Origin: Camelus ferus
Lineage: Eukaryota
Assembly (NCBI RefSeq): GCF_009834535.1
Contig: NC_045697.1
Location: 50,904,001 to 50,968,000, forward strand
Length of the DNA stretch: 64,000 nucleotides
Direction of reading: 5' to 3'
Below are positions 26,847 through 39,350 of this stretch, one piece after another. Position 1 is the first letter of the stretch, and each line of letters begins with the position of its first letter. The position numbers and the translations under genes were made by a program. The notes below the pieces were generated by a model. The model saw nothing but the letters and a program-made list of their open reading frames with translations. It did not search any database and was not told the origin of the DNA.

Positions 26847-26847
<1 letters not shown>

Positions 26848-26884
<37 letters not shown>
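26848..26884. repeat. (TG)18 microsatellite
   Basis: Read directly. Confidence 0.95.
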
Positions 26885-26886
<2 letters not shown>

Positions 26887-28279
26887 CATGTGACCTGAAG
26901 CAGAGTAGATGCTTAATAAATATGAATTTAAAAACTATGAATATGCATGTACATGTTGTAGAACATGGAATTCTTCTTCATCAACATTCTCTTTGCTATC
27001 TCCAAATAGGATAGCTGCTCTCCAACCACGGGGGGAAGATGACTTTACAATACAGATTTTTCTATTTCTATTATATTCTATTATATATTTTATTTTTATA
27101 TTTCTATTTTGTTAGTCCTCTATAGAGTTTTTAACCCTCCTACATTTGCCACTGCAGCCTCCTATCTTCAGGCTGGAGAAAAGGTTGGTTACTATTCTCC
27201 CTTTATATGTCATGAATCAAAAGAATATGGTGAAGGCAATCAGCAGCATGGACAGCACAATTAGTTACTCCATCAGCAGTTCAAGTGGCAGCTTAAAGTC
27301 TCTTATTCCGTGACCTTTGCTGTATAATAAAGCCAACAGCTGAATTTCGGCTCCTTTCCATGCTAGCAGATGTTTGCCGAGAGTTCTCATTCAGTGGGAA
27401 GTGACTCTGTAGCCGCCACAAAAAGCATTTCAGTTTCTGCCACTGGAGAGCACCACAGCCCAAGACCTGAGCCCAGTCTCCACGAACGCCATGGCACTGC
27501 AGCTGCAGTGAGATGCTGCACTGGGTTGGAATGCATTTTTGTGTGTTGTTTTTTTGTTTTTGTTTTTTGCTGTATTGCACTGTAATGTATTGTATTGAAT
27601 TGCATTAAACTGAGTTATATCTTATGATATAGATTTGAATTGTATTTAATTGAATGGCCTTAGAGAAAGTGCTTTTGCCATTTTCTTTTTCAGATGGTTG
27701 CCTGTAATTGATGCCCATAATCATCATTTTCTTTAATAACGGTGGCTAAGATTGAAGCACCACAAAGCACAATTCATCTCAAGAAATCTTCATCAGACTC
27801 ATTTAGAAAGAGACAGCATGTTATAGCTGAAAGGGCCTGGGTGATTCAATCTACCCTGTGAACCACTGCCTCTTCAGAGCCTAGGACGCTGCTTGAACAA
27901 ATTGGGCACTCAAGAATGTATTTTCATGAGTTAGACACGGTTCTAGTCCGTGTATGCTATTATCTAGGTGAACTTGGGCAAGTTATTCAATCAAATATTT
28001 CTCAGGGTGGGTCCCCTGATTACCCATAGTTGAATCATCTGGGTGTTTATTTAAAATGTTGTTTCTTAAACTGCCTTAGACTTAAGACATTCACACTCTG
28101 TGCATTGATGGTGGTGGTAATGAGGAATCTGCATTTTTAATAAGCATCCCCTGTGTAACTGAAGTTTCAGAACCACTGGCTTAATCTACTTCTAGTCTCA
28201 ACCTTCTCCCTTTCTTCATGGGAATTTCTGGGGATTTGTGCATTTCATTATATCTAAAAAAAGAAACAATATTGGTTTA

Positions 28280-28560
28280 TACATAAATATTGAACTCTAG
28301 TTAATAATGCTAACAATATGCATTCAAAGATGTTTAGGGGTAAAAAAAAAACTGATTTCTATAATTTACTTTAAATGGATCAAAAAATAAGACGATGATG
28401 AAGAATGGATAGATGGAAAGATATACAATTTAAAAATCAAGTGTAATAAAGTGTTCATTGCTGAATCCATGCAGTAAGTATATGGATATTCACTGTGAAG
28501 TCTTTCAATTTTCTGTATATTTGAATTTTTTTTAATAACAAAGTTGTATTGAAAAAAAAT
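28280..28560 (+). mobile_element. Ancient L1ME-type 3' end
   Basis: 'tgtttaggggtaaa...atatggatattcactgtgaagtctttcaattttctgtatatttgaattttt'. Confidence 0.65.
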
Positions 28561-28884
28561 CAGCCTACTACAGGTTCAGAATGTTGGCTACTTTCATCCC
28601 TAAAACGTTGATCTAAACTTATTAGAATGGCAGCAAGCGTTCTATTTTCTTGCAGACTCTCTGTTATTAACATCTATAACACAGTGCATTGCAAAACACA
28701 AAATATATATATTTGATGGTGCCTGACTCAGCAGCTCAGGGAGAATTTAGTCAATTTATCTGCTGAACTGGTAGACAGAGCCACAGAGTTAACTTTGTAG
28801 GGGATTTGTAATGGGGGGAAGAGTTTGTCAACAGACTTGAGGAATTACAGGAAAGGGGAAGGGACTTTATTCTTCTTAATGTTT

Positions 28885-29330
28885 TATTTTATTTTATTTT
28901 TTAATTTTTTAATTGAAGTATAGTTGATATACAACAAAATAATTCAGTTATACATGTAGATACTCTTTTTCCATTATAGGTTATTACAACATACTGAATA
29001 TAGTTCCCTGTCCTATCGGGTAAGTCCTTGTCTTTTATCTATTTTATAAATAGTACTATGTTATCTGTTAATCCCAAACTCCTCATTTATCCCTCCCCAT
29101 CTTTTCCCCTTTGGTAACCATGAGTTTGTTTTTTGTCTGTGTCTATCTTTTTTTAGAGTCCACATATAAGTGATACCATATGATATTTGTCTTTCTCTGT
29201 CTGACTCACTTCACTGCATGTAATAATCTCTTGGTCCATCTATGTTGCTGCAAATGGCATTATTTTATTCTTTTTAATGGATGAATAATATTCCATTGTA
29301 TAAATACACCACAACTTCTTAATCACATTT
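28885..29330 (-). mobile_element. L1 3' end (artiodactyl-type)
   Basis: T-rich tail, 'aattgaagtatagttgat', 'ctgaatatagttccctgt', 'tgttgctgcaaatggcattatttt'. Confidence 0.88.
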
Positions 29331-29339
29331 TTTTTTTAA

Positions 29340-29810
29340 ATTTCTGGTCTGATAGTCCCAACTTTCCTACCATATCTGACTCTGGTTCTCATGCTTGTGC
29401 AGTCTCTTCAAACTGCCTTGTAGTTTTATTTCTTGATAACAGGACGTGTTTTACCGATGAAAAAGAACTGAGGTAACTGACCTTCAGCAAAGTGGGGGTG
29501 AGGCGTCGGGGGAGGAGGAGTATTTTTAGTCTAAGATTAGGTCTCCGTCTCTCAGCGAGCCTGTGACTCTCCACTGTGAACTTCACAAATGCTTCTCAGT
29601 TTTCCCTCCCCTGCAGGGGGAGAAAGTTGTGATCTCTGTATTTGCCTGTGGGTCTCCCCAGTTTGGGAGGGAAGTGGTTGGCCTTGTGACCTCATGTCTT
29701 TTACAGATCTAAGAAGAGCTGTTGCATTTTCAGTCTGTTCAGCATTTTACTTGTTAGGACAGAGTGGTGACTTCCAAGCTCCTGACACACTAGCCCAGAA
29801 GCCGGAAGTC
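29340..29810 (-). mobile_element. 5'UTR of an ancient L1 (L1MD/L1MC-like)
   Basis: Minus strand begins GACTTCCGG...GGAGCTTGGAAGTCACCACTCTGTCCTAACAAGTAAAATGCTGAACAGACTGAAAA, matching my recollection of old L1M 5' ends. Confidence 0.65.
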
Positions 29811-30527
29811 TCTACTTCATTCTTTAGATTTGTGAGTGAGGCAGTGAAGAGAAAGATGCTGTAGAAATTAAAACACTCTTCCCTTTGTCTACTGCCCTTA
29901 ATAGTTACAGTATTTGAAAGCATCATTTAATTCAAAGCCTTTTTAAATTGTATACAACACCCTAAGGAGTTTATTCACATCTTGACACCAAGATCATGAA
30001 GACCTTATGTGTGTATGTGTGTTTATTCACATTTATATATGTATACAGGTGTGCTTGTGTATATGTTGGAAGGAAGGAGGGGCAAAACAGGCAAAACAGA
30101 TTTTTCTACAGTTAGTTTCCTTGTTCAGACCTTTGCTTGAAGGAACATGTTGAGAGTTTGGAACCTTTGCCTGTAGGATAGAAAATGACAGATTAGGGGA
30201 ATGGAATGTCACATTTCAAGACATGTCAGAGGAAAAAGGATTTAGAACATCGAGTTTCTTTGACCTCTTCCCTCTTTCCTTTCAACCATGCCTTTCTGAC
30301 ATTCCTCTGCTCACTGACAGGCATCTCACACAGTGCAAGACCAAAAGAAAACACCCCGCCTTCTCCTGAAGCTACAGGTCTGCTAAGCCGTGCAGGGGCA
30401 GAGGTGTAGTTATCTGTCAGTGGTCCATCGTGAAGGCTGAGCGCAACTACAATGTTAAAGACAAGGTTGACTAGAGAAATGTCTTCATCTCTGCAGCAAT
30501 TACATAATATTAATTGTAGCCACCATC

Positions 30528-31123
30528 TGAGACATGAGGGAAGGGGGCAGGGCACAACCATTAAAAAAATGACACAGCAATTAGCACAGTAGTGGAAGAT
30601 TCAACTCCCAGAAGACCTTGAGCTTCATTATACACTCATTGTAATACAACAGCATGCTAAGTGGCACTCCCACAATTGCCATGACAGTTTCAAGGCTGAC
30701 CATAAAAGGTCCAAAAGTGGGTGGTGGCCCTATTCCTGGGAGTCCCAGCCCCTTCTCCAAAGTAGTTGGAATACTCCTCCCACTTGTTAACATGTGAAGT
30801 TACTGAGCCCATAAACACTAACAACCCTCGCACCTCAGGGCTACTCTTTCTTCTAAGATGGCTTTCATTCTGCTTATGGAATTTGCATCTCCTAGGCTCT
30901 TCTATCACACTCTCTTGCCTTCTGAGATGGTCCACACTCTGCCTATGGAGTGTGCATCTCTCTGAATGAATCTAGTTTTACTCTACTATGGCTCACTCTT
31001 GAATTCTTTCCTGAGTGAAGCCAAGGACCCTCACTTGGAGAGACACATCCCAGGGACTCACTTGCACCCTGGGACAGAGACCTGGGGCATGATCATCCTC
31101 TCACGCTCCATTTTCCTGTATTA
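30528..31123 (+). mobile_element. ERV1 solo LTR, MER41-like (second copy)
   Basis: Starts tgagaca...gggaagggggcagggcaca; collinear with the reverse complement of 24730-25363. The 3' end reads 'cctgtatta' and the TSD is not preserved (catc vs taat). Confidence 0.8.
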
Positions 31124-32479
31124 TAATGACTAGCCACTATTGGTTGGACAGTATCCTATGTTCTCACTAATCCATGAGATAGTCCTACACAGTGTTAGCT
31201 CCAGTTTATAGACAAGGAAACTGAGGCTTCTGCATTCTCCTTGACTGTCTCCAATCCAGCTCCCTTTGATTTTTCTCAATCTTTTCATGTTGCCTGCTGT
31301 CCCCTGCCCCAGATCTTTTGCACATGCTGTTCCTTCTGACTATAATGCTCTTCCCCCAATCCCCTTTAAATTATAACACAGTTTAGAACTTATCTAAGTG
31401 TGTAATTATATATTCATTGGTGTCATTTTTAAATAATGTCTGTCTTCCACTTGATACTCTGAGCAAGGATTACAGATGCCTTTGCTCACCACCATATCAT
31501 CAGAAATGACTGAAATATCAGGGACATTGTAGGGACTCAGTAATATAAATTACAGTAATTAATTTGCCCAAATTGGCAGAGCTGAGAGTCAAACCTAGTT
31601 CTTTCTGCCTGTGTGTGCTGCCTCCAACAAATCCATGACATTTTGGGAAAAGAAATCAATTTTAAATTAATAACCTAAAAAGAGATGCCAAGGAAATGGA
31701 GTCTGGCAAACAACAAAATAAGAACAATTGCAAAACTGTATGACAATGCAAAGTTTATCAACTTTTGAATTCGTGGAGGCACCCTGTCCTGTCTACCTGT
31801 CTTCTCTTGTAGTTGTCTCTCCATCCACCTCTCTAGGCATCAGTGGCTTTGGTTTGCACCACTCTTTCTCCTCTTCCCCTGTCCCAGGCTTCCCCTGTCC
31901 CTCCCCCTCTACTGCCCTCCTTGCTTACTCCTGCAGATAGAAAACTAAGAGCCCCTGACTAAACAGGCACTTGGAAAACATCTAAGAAACTAATTCTATA
32001 TCATCTCTCAGAACAAAAATAAAAAGTAAATATCATTTATTAAGTGCCTTCTTTCTGCCAAGTGTTTTTCAAATGCTAATCCGTTTACAACAATGCATAG
32101 GATATTATTCACATTTTGTAGATGAAGGAGACTCGGACAGGTTAAGAAACTAAATCTCAAGATTTAATTATAGTTTTTTCTTTTCCCTTTGAAGACTTTT
32201 TCTGAGCAATGTCATCCACATGCGTATTTAACACACCAGCTGAATGCTGACTAGTCCCATATCTAATACTCAGCAAGGCGGAGCTCCTGACTGCTGGCCG
32301 GGGTGAGCGGTAGGCAAGGCGACCTCAACACACAGAGCCTCCCCCTTCCCAGAGCCAGACTGCCAGGGGCACTGTGGATGTCTTTGCTTGGAAGGTGTCA
32401 GGTTGAGGGGCAGCGCCAGTTCCTCTCTGTCACGGCTCAGTTTGCAAAAGGCACTGACATGTAATTTTTTTCTGTTGTA

Positions 32480-33360
32480 AACTTTCCATTTAGTTTGCTT
32501 CTGAGGATTAAATCTAAGTCATCAAAAAGCAATGAAAATAAAAAAAAAAGTTCCACCTGTCTGTTTGTTTCCAGTCAGCAGTTCTCTTTTTTTCCCCTAT
32601 TTCTGGACCTCCCTTTACACTTTACAAAACCAAAGAACTTTTGCTTGTGTAGATTATATTTATCAATGTTGACCATGTTAGAAATTAAAACTGAGAAAAA
32701 ATTTGGATTTACCTATTTATTTAAAAAATAAACTCATTACATATAAATTATATAACATATTTTATGAAAAAGAACCATATTTTCCAAAACAAAAACAGCT
32801 AGAGAAGAGAGTGCCATTGTTTGATAATTTGCAAATGTCTCTGATGTCTAGCTCAGTGGAAATCATCTGGATTCTCATCTCTGTTTCTGCATTCAAACTG
32901 TTATAATTGTGACATGTATATATTTCAAATATATATAGTTTTATATATATATATACATACACATATATACATATATACACACAGTTGGAATGAGGAGTAT
33001 CTTAACAGCTTCTCCTTTTTAGAATGTTTAGGTAATTGCGGGTAATCTTTTTTGATAATACACCAAAGTTCAACAAGTAGTAATTCCTTAAAAGTTAGTT
33101 GCAATGTGGAATCTAAAATTATATCAATGAACTTTTTATATTTTGATACAATAAAATCCTCGGGTCTGTTTTGCACTTTGGATGGCTCTTTTACCCATGC
33201 AAGATTCTGTGACGTTATTGTACTGGTCATTTGGAAAATACTGGCTTACTGACTTACACAGATCTTCCAAATGTTAAAACACTTCATTGTATAATATCAG
33301 AGAATCACATTTGTCAACATCACCACTGGTCTTATCAGAAGAGTGTTAAAGAATTGGGAA
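32480..33360 (-). mobile_element. Charlie1-type hAT DNA transposon with transposase C-terminal remnant
   Basis: ORFs 32925-33230 ('FIDIILDSTLQLTFKELLLVELWCIIKKDYPQL') and 32762-32980 ('LNAETEMRIQM...DIRDICK') resemble the hAT dimerisation domain; an AT/AC microsatellite interrupts them at about 32915-32982. Confidence 0.8.
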
Positions 33361-33374
33361 AATTCCTTCAAATA

Positions 33375-33750
33375 ATCACAAAAATATACTCAAAAAAACC
33401 CCATAAAACATACTCAACCTCATTAATCATTAGGGTGATGCAAATTAAAGCCACAATGAAATACCACTATATATCTAATAGAATGGCTAAAATTAAAAAG
33501 ACTAACCATACCAAGCATTGGTGAAGATGTGGAACAATTAGGATTCTCATGTGGACAGAATGGGGAGCAGGATTACAAATGACATGAGCATGCTTCTGCG
33601 GGTGATTGATAGACATGGTGGTTATCTTGAGTGTGATGATGGTTCCATGGTGGCACACATATGTCAAAACTTATTAAATTGTATGCTTTAATTTTGTACA
33701 GTTTATTATATATCAACTATGCTCAGTAAGACTCAATACTTGATAAAAAA
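33375..33750 (+). mobile_element. Ancient L1 3' fragments
   Basis: 'tgcaaattaaagccacaatgaaataccacta...agaatggctaaaattaaaaagact' followed by an L1M-type tail. Confidence 0.75.
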
Positions 33751-34014
33751 AAATCCAATTGTCTAAACTGAGAGTTAAAGAAATGTACTCAGAGTATTCC
33801 CTTCCCTTAACTTTCCCATTGCGTATTGGCAATAATATAAATTTCACCTGTGAAATCTAGTTGTGAAATTGTCTCCATTTTCACCATCATCACCTGCAAA
33901 GATAGGCAGGAAATGTCTGATGCGTGGTAGAAGCTTAATAAACATTTGCTAAGTAAGAGAATAAATCTTCGTCAGAACCTGCAGCAATTCCAAGTACTAG
34001 CTAAGTAATATCAC

Positions 34015-34270
34015 TGTAGTTACTACATAGGTGCAGTTTTGAGACAAGCAAATTGTCTATACGCAGTAAGGAGCAGATCAGTACCTGCCTGTGAGTAGGA
34101 GCGAGGGACTACAAGGGGAAGGAGGGAAAATATGGGGATGCTGGAAATATTCTGCATCTTGATTGCTGTGGTGGTTATAGGGTGTGTACATTTATTAAAA
34201 CTCAAAACTGTACACTTAAAATGGGTGCATTGTATTATGTATAAATTTTATCTCGATAAAATTTAAACAG
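34015..34270 (+). mobile_element. Ancient L1ME 3' end
   Basis: 'tcttgattgctgtggtggttatagggtgtgtacatttattaaaactcaaaactgtacacttaaaatgggtgcatt'. Confidence 0.75.
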
Positions 34271-35794
34271 AAAAACTAGATCATTATGTGGGAAAAATTT
34301 GGGAACTACTCCTCTAGAGTCCTGGGATTGTTGGACCAACAGAAAGTAAAGCAGCAAAACTGCAGAATATTGGCCGTCAAAAGCAAAGAATGACTATCTG
34401 TGGAAATTAGAAAAAATATATAGCCTAAATGAAAGTGGTTCAGATAGACTGACATTGATCCCAGATAAGCATTTATTCTAACTAATGAGCAGACACTACC
34501 CAGAAGATATGTGATTCCATTACTTAAGTGTTTAACCTAGTTCTGCCAGTATGCTGTGATCTATGTGATGTCACAAGAATTTACCCCCGGAAGTCACAAA
34601 GAGGATATACTCCAGGAGCTGCATTTTGTAACCAACACAGACTCAGCTATATCTTGTTTTCTGAAATTATACAAACATCAGTGTTTAGAATATATGACCC
34701 AGATGTAGATGGAGTTGTTAAAGGTGGGACAGAAAGCAATTATGAATTCTTCTAAGAAAAACAATAGTTAATTTATAACATTTTAAGTCTGCCATTATGT
34801 ATGACATGTTTTAAATGAAAAACTTAAAAAAAAAGTACACACACATTTTGTTACCTCCAGTATGACTGCTAAGCCAACTATGTGCTATGAGCAACAGGAT
34901 GGTTTGAATGTATGTGAGGTGATGGAGCTCTCAGTATGTGGTCCTTTAGGAACAGGGCAAGTAGTACAGGAACAGAACACACCACATACAGTCTGCATTA
35001 CCAAGGATTCTGTTGTTCAGCATCCATATATCCACGATTTCCCAGCAAATTCTTAATTTCATGTATTCTATCTGGGAATCAAACCAAATAGTCCAGGTTT
35101 ATGGTCACCACTACAATACATCCTTAAAGTATGTCCAGGTTACAACCTGACCTTTAGTACCATTCAACTGCTAACTTGACCTTAATTGCTTATAAGCTCT
35201 TCTCACATGGAATTAAATTTTTCATGCATTATTATTATTGTTACTATTATTTTATTAATTCTTTTCTGAAACTTGAAGAGATGTCCTATAGGGTATTAAG
35301 AAGTGCGTGTGTCGGGGAGAAGGAATGGAGAAACAGAATGGAATACAGATCAAATTGGCTAAATGTCATATTTAGAAAAACAACAATCATTGTCATATTC
35401 CATCGAATTTCTTTATGTTTTGCACACAGTTGTCAATTTTCAAGGGTAGTACCATTTAGGCTGAGAGAATGACTACTGCTCATTTCATTTATTAGAAAAT
35501 GATTCTCTATTCATTTAAAGGGTACATTTGTTTACAAAAACAATTGCGCCTCCCACCTCTTAAAATCTATCAAAACACCATTATGCCCTGTGTTTCTTTC
35601 TGTCACTGAATTTGGAAAGTATGTGTGTTTTGAAATCTCTTCCCTCCTTTGGCAGAGAAGACTGAAGGGAGTCCATCTTGATGTGGTAGGTTTTTAGTTC
35701 CTTAAGTGCAGAGATTGTCTTATTTGTCTTTGTATGATCATCTCTACCCCTGCCTGGCTCAAAGTAATTTTTCTTTTTTCTTGTCCGTTTTTCC

Positions 35795-36097
35795 AAAAGA
35801 AAGGCAGACGGCCACATATAGTGCCTCATTCGGATGTGTCTGGAGTCTTGAAAGCATGACTGCCTCACATTCTCGGACAAATGGACCTTGAGAGCTGGTT
35901 GGGTGGTTTGAGTAGGGAGCACAGCTGCTCATATACCCTGACCAAAGATGGGTCCTCCCGTGTCAGGGAAGGTCATCCTCTTTGACCTAGGGGAGCACAC
36001 AGCTTCAGGAGGGACATGCATGGAGGAGAGAGGGAGGAAGGGGACAACGCCTAGCCAGTGGGGTGACGGATACCCCAGCCAGACTGCTCTCACATCC
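35795..36097 (-). pseudogene. RN7SK: 7SK snRNA processed pseudogene, near full length, with about 31-nt internal deletion
   Basis: Minus strand reads GGATGTGAGAGCAGTCTGGCTG...GGCTAGGCG..GTCCCCTTCCTCCCTC...AGCTCTCAAGGTCCATTTGT...CAAGACTCCAGACACATCCGAATGAGGCACTATATGTGGCCGTCTGCCTTTCTTTT, collinear with 7SK. A-rich tail at 35774-35794; TSD agtaatttttc at 35763-35773 and 36099-36109. Confidence 0.95.
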
Positions 36098-37234
36098 TAG
36101 TAATTTTTCAGTGTCTGACTAAGCTGAATGCTTTCCCCTGGCCATTACACTATTGAAAATCAGTCCATATTGAAGATAAGAAATTGTCTCTCAGAGAAAA
36201 ATCAAATGCATTAGAAATAGAAATTATTTTATCACTTTTCAATTAACAGAATTTTTTCATTGTTCAAGTTGTAAAAACAGTTTTGTGTTCCATTCGTCCC
36301 AGTCATTAGGACAAACCACAGCCTGATTCAAAAGTCAACTTAAGTACAAAATATGCAATAATTGCAGAAGGGTGAGGCTTTTAAAAAATTCAACAACAGT
36401 ATAAAAGGTTTAAATGACCTGTGCGTCATAACAGCGTTGCTTTAATTAAAGTTTTAGGGGAACTTTAGAAGGGAATTTTTCTTCCTTTATCTTCTTTTTC
36501 TCAACAACGACAACAACAAAATTTTTTTCAGTCAAAGTTCTAAACTCCTTACTTTCATAAAAGGACAATTAAATGTTTCTCAGTTTAAACAGGAAATGAT
36601 GGTTTATTCTTTAAGTTCAAGAAAAATGTTGGGATTTTTCCCAGAGAATTAATGTTATTGTCAGCATTTATTAAGGGCTCTATGGCAAAATTCCCAAATG
36701 TAAAATATAGTTATTTTAAGTTTTATACATTGGAAAAGCAAGTTATCATGCTGCAATCTTGTGAACGTGTGGCTTCCTTGTTGAGGCAGTTCCTAGCTAG
36801 GTTCTTGCTGGGAGTCCCCTCGCTGTGCAGCCACATGGCTTCCTTTCTTGCATCATTGTGTAGCCTATGCTTCCAGTGCAGCCTCAGACACCTGATAAGC
36901 TAGAAGGCTCTGAAATAAGCTGAGATGAGTGGCCCATGGCAACTGGGTCATGCAGTGGCAGAATCAGGCAATTTCATGCTCTTTTTGTATTTCCTTCAAG
37001 TTGCAATCATCTCTAAATATTTTTGAAGAGTGATTTAGCAGGATATAAAATGACCCAATCTAATGATACCCACATCTCTTTTTTTCCTCCTTCTTTCTGT
37101 TCTGTTTCTATCCCTGCAGCAGGATTGTGTGAGAAACACACTGTGATCTAAGTATTTCTCTCACTTTCCAGTTAACAGTATGTTAGTGTGTATGTATGTG
37201 CATGTGTGTATGTGCATGAGAAAAACACACCAGA

Positions 37235-37680
37235 TGGATCTGTTAGCCTGTGCTCAAAAACTCCACCCCAAAACTTAGTGGCTTTAACACAACAGCCATC
37301 GACGCAGCTCACAGTTCTGTGGGTTGGCACTTTGGGCTGAGCTCGGCTTGGCAGTTCTGCTGCTCCCACCTGGACTCCTTTCTGGGTCCTCAGTCAGCCA
37401 CAGTTTAGCGTATCAGCTATCAGCTGGGATATTGAAGCAGCTGAGCCAAGCGTGTCTCGTCATCCTACAGGCTGGCCCAGGCTTGTTCATATGTTGTGCA
37501 GGGCCCAAAAGCAACATGAGTGTAAGTCCTAGAGCACAAGTTTTCAAACGTCTGTTTATGACATTGGGTACCAACCCACTGACCAGAGCAAGTTGTATGG
37601 CCAAGCCCAAAACCAGTGTAGGAAAGTCCTTCCAAGGGATAGAGAGAGACAGGAACAAATCAGAGCTATTACTCACTTCA
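37235..37680 (-). mobile_element. MLT1 (MaLR) LTR
   Basis: 'ccaccccaaaacttagtggctttaacacaacagcc...ctcacagttctgtgggttggca' and 'gcaagttgtatggccaagccc'. Confidence 0.75.
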
Positions 37681-37961
37681 ATGCCTTAAAAGAGGGCATC
37701 AAATGAGAAAAATATCTACTGTTGGGATCCTTTATCTCCAGGACCAGAAGTCATCAGTAGCTGATATGGATTAGCCTGCTGGTCTAGCAGAATGGCCAGT
37801 GGCAATGGTAAATGGCAAATTCACTAAATAGAAACTAAATCCTTAATATTCCATAGTGAGCAGCTATTTATGTATCACAAGGCCAGAATAACCCAGAAAA
37901 TGTTAGAGAAAAATGATGATTGAGTTATTCTGCCAGATACTAAGCTGTACTATAAAGCTCT

Positions 37962-38044
37962 TATATTATTATATTATTATTGTTGTTGTTGTTGTTATTA
38001 TTATTATTATATTATTATTATTATCATTATTATTATATTATTAT
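37962..38044. repeat. Imperfect (TTA)n/(TTG)n microsatellite
   Basis: Read directly. Confidence 0.9.
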
Positions 38045-38179
38045 GGAACCAATGCCAGTGTACCTACATAGGTCAATGGGGCAAAATATAAATTCTAGAC
38101 TCATGTTCAAAAATATATATGCCCTTAGTACTAGATAAAAGTGTCACTTCAAGTCAGGGAAAAGTATGGTTTATATTTA

Positions 38180-39025
38180 TTTACTCAACACATATTTAGT
38201 AAGCCACCATCATTTGCTTATGAACTGATGTTTTTTAAGCCTCTGACATGGGCCTGTCAGTGTTCCAGGCACCGAGGACAGAGCCGTAAGCCTAGTGGTC
38301 ACGCTTTCTGTTCTCTTAGAGCTTATGTTTTAATAAGAGGAGATGTAACATAAACAGATCACCCAAAATAATAAATATACTGTCAATAATAAACAAAACA
38401 ATAAAACGCATTCAGATAATGATAATTATTAATTATCATTAATGCAATAAAATTACTAATTAAATAAAACATGGGACTGTGATAGCAAAAGACTGGGAGA
38501 CTTATTTAAATAGAACGGTCATGGGAGGCCTCTCTGAGGAGGTAACATTTGAGGGAAAAAAAAACAGAAAAATGAAAAGAAAGCAGCTGTGACAAGAGCT
38601 GAGCTTTCTTGGCAGAGACAATACCAAGTGCAAAGGCAAGGAGGGAGGAACCAGGTTGGTCTGTTCCAGGAACAAAACTCAAAGCCAGGCAGCAAGTAGA
38701 GAGTCAGTCCTCCACGAACTGAGAATTGGAAAGGTCACAGAGATAGGAAGAGCAAGGTCACGTGGGCCTCAGGGGCCATGGGAAGGAGCTCAGGTTTAGA
38801 TTTCATCGTAAATGCAGAGGAGGACTAGCAGGAAGGTTTTTGGCAAAGGACGTCAGAGGTGGGACTGTGATCTGATTTTTGTTTATAGCAGATGAGACTG
38901 GCTACAGGTGGAGAGTGGACTATAGTGGGACAAGAGTGGAGGCAGAGACCAGTTAGGGGGCCATTTGTAGCATCTGCACAAGAAGTGATGCGGGTCCAAT
39001 CTAGGGGACAGTGGAGATGCAGAGA
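38180..39025 (-). mobile_element. L2 LINE apparently nested within ancient L1ME pieces (about 37870-38180 and 39030-40170)
   Basis: Antisense L2 motifs 'gggaggcctctctgaggaggtaacatttgag', 'caagtgcaaaggc', 'ggaggcagagaccagttagg'. Confidence 0.7.
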
Positions 39026-39350
39026 CTAAATAAACAAACTAGAAGAAGAAAAAGAAAAAATATATATATATATATACTTTAAGGATGGGAAAACTTTTTA
39101 ACATTGGGGTGTAAGTGATAAAGAAAATAGTAATGGATTGACTATTTAAATTTTTTAACTTTTGTAGGTCAAAAGTCTATCATAAATAAAATTAAAAGGC
39201 AAACAATACTGGGAAATACAGTCACAGCATATATGACAAAATGTTGATGTGATAAATATATAAAGAGATTTTATAAACCAATACAGAAAAGATGAACAAA
39301 GAGTACATAAACAAAAAGCAAAAATATAGGATCAAATCAAAGAGTTCAGT

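Noticed and set aside
27495..27510. Perfect 16-bp palindrome cactgcagctgcagtg
   Set aside because: About one such palindrome is expected by chance in 64 kb (64000/4^8), and nothing else supports it.
24730..31123. Full provirus bounded by the two LTRs
   Set aside because: The LTRs are in opposite orientation, the left one has its own TSD, and no gag/pol/env ORFs lie between them.
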